From: Deinococcaceae bacterium
GTDB taxonomy: Bacteria; Deinococcota; Deinococci; Deinococcales; Trueperaceae
Length of the DNA: 14,662 bases
Assembly: GCA_040256005.1 (NCBI GenBank)
Contig: JBDZWC010000075.1
Coordinates: 1-14,662, forward strand
Direction of reading: 5' to 3'
Shown here: positions 14,662 to 14,662 of the stretch, piece after piece
Numbering within the stretch: position 1 is the stretch's first letter
How the letters are laid out: each line of letters opens with the position of its first letter
Translations under genes and position numbers: made by a program
Notes under the pieces: model-generated
Database searches by the model: none
What the model saw: only the letters and a program-made list of their open reading frames with translations
Told to the model about the DNA's origin: nothing

Positions 14662-14662
14662 C

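Overview
GC-rich bacterial chromosomal window, probably Deinococcota (Trueperaceae/Deinococcus-like). This is an inference from the TANNNT boxes placed directly before start codons, the type of 3D-domain protein and a class II c-di-GMP riboswitch. The flanks are mostly housekeeping: amidase, MaoC dehydratase, VUT/YhhQ-type queuosine-precursor transporter, PaaI thioesterase, tRNA-Pro(CGG), recX, LolC/E-type permease, tgt, a secreted hypothetical protein, proC and a VanZ-family gene. The centre (5527-11383) is a glycan-oriented block and the best candidate for an undescribed system. It contains a processive GT2 polysaccharide synthase fused to a C-terminal lytic-transglycosylase (SLT/GH23-like) domain, with a divergent 3D-domain gene. 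Converging on it is a unit of a secreted GH26 hydrolase and a PQQ-type sugar dehydrogenase, headed by a well-formed c-di-GMP-II riboswitch. Other points: tgt carries a non-canonical GGNLG pocket motif suggesting queuine salvage, there is a 35-bp exact direct repeat with alternative hairpins after tgt, and several genes appear leaderless. No database searches were run; family calls rest on motif recognition.
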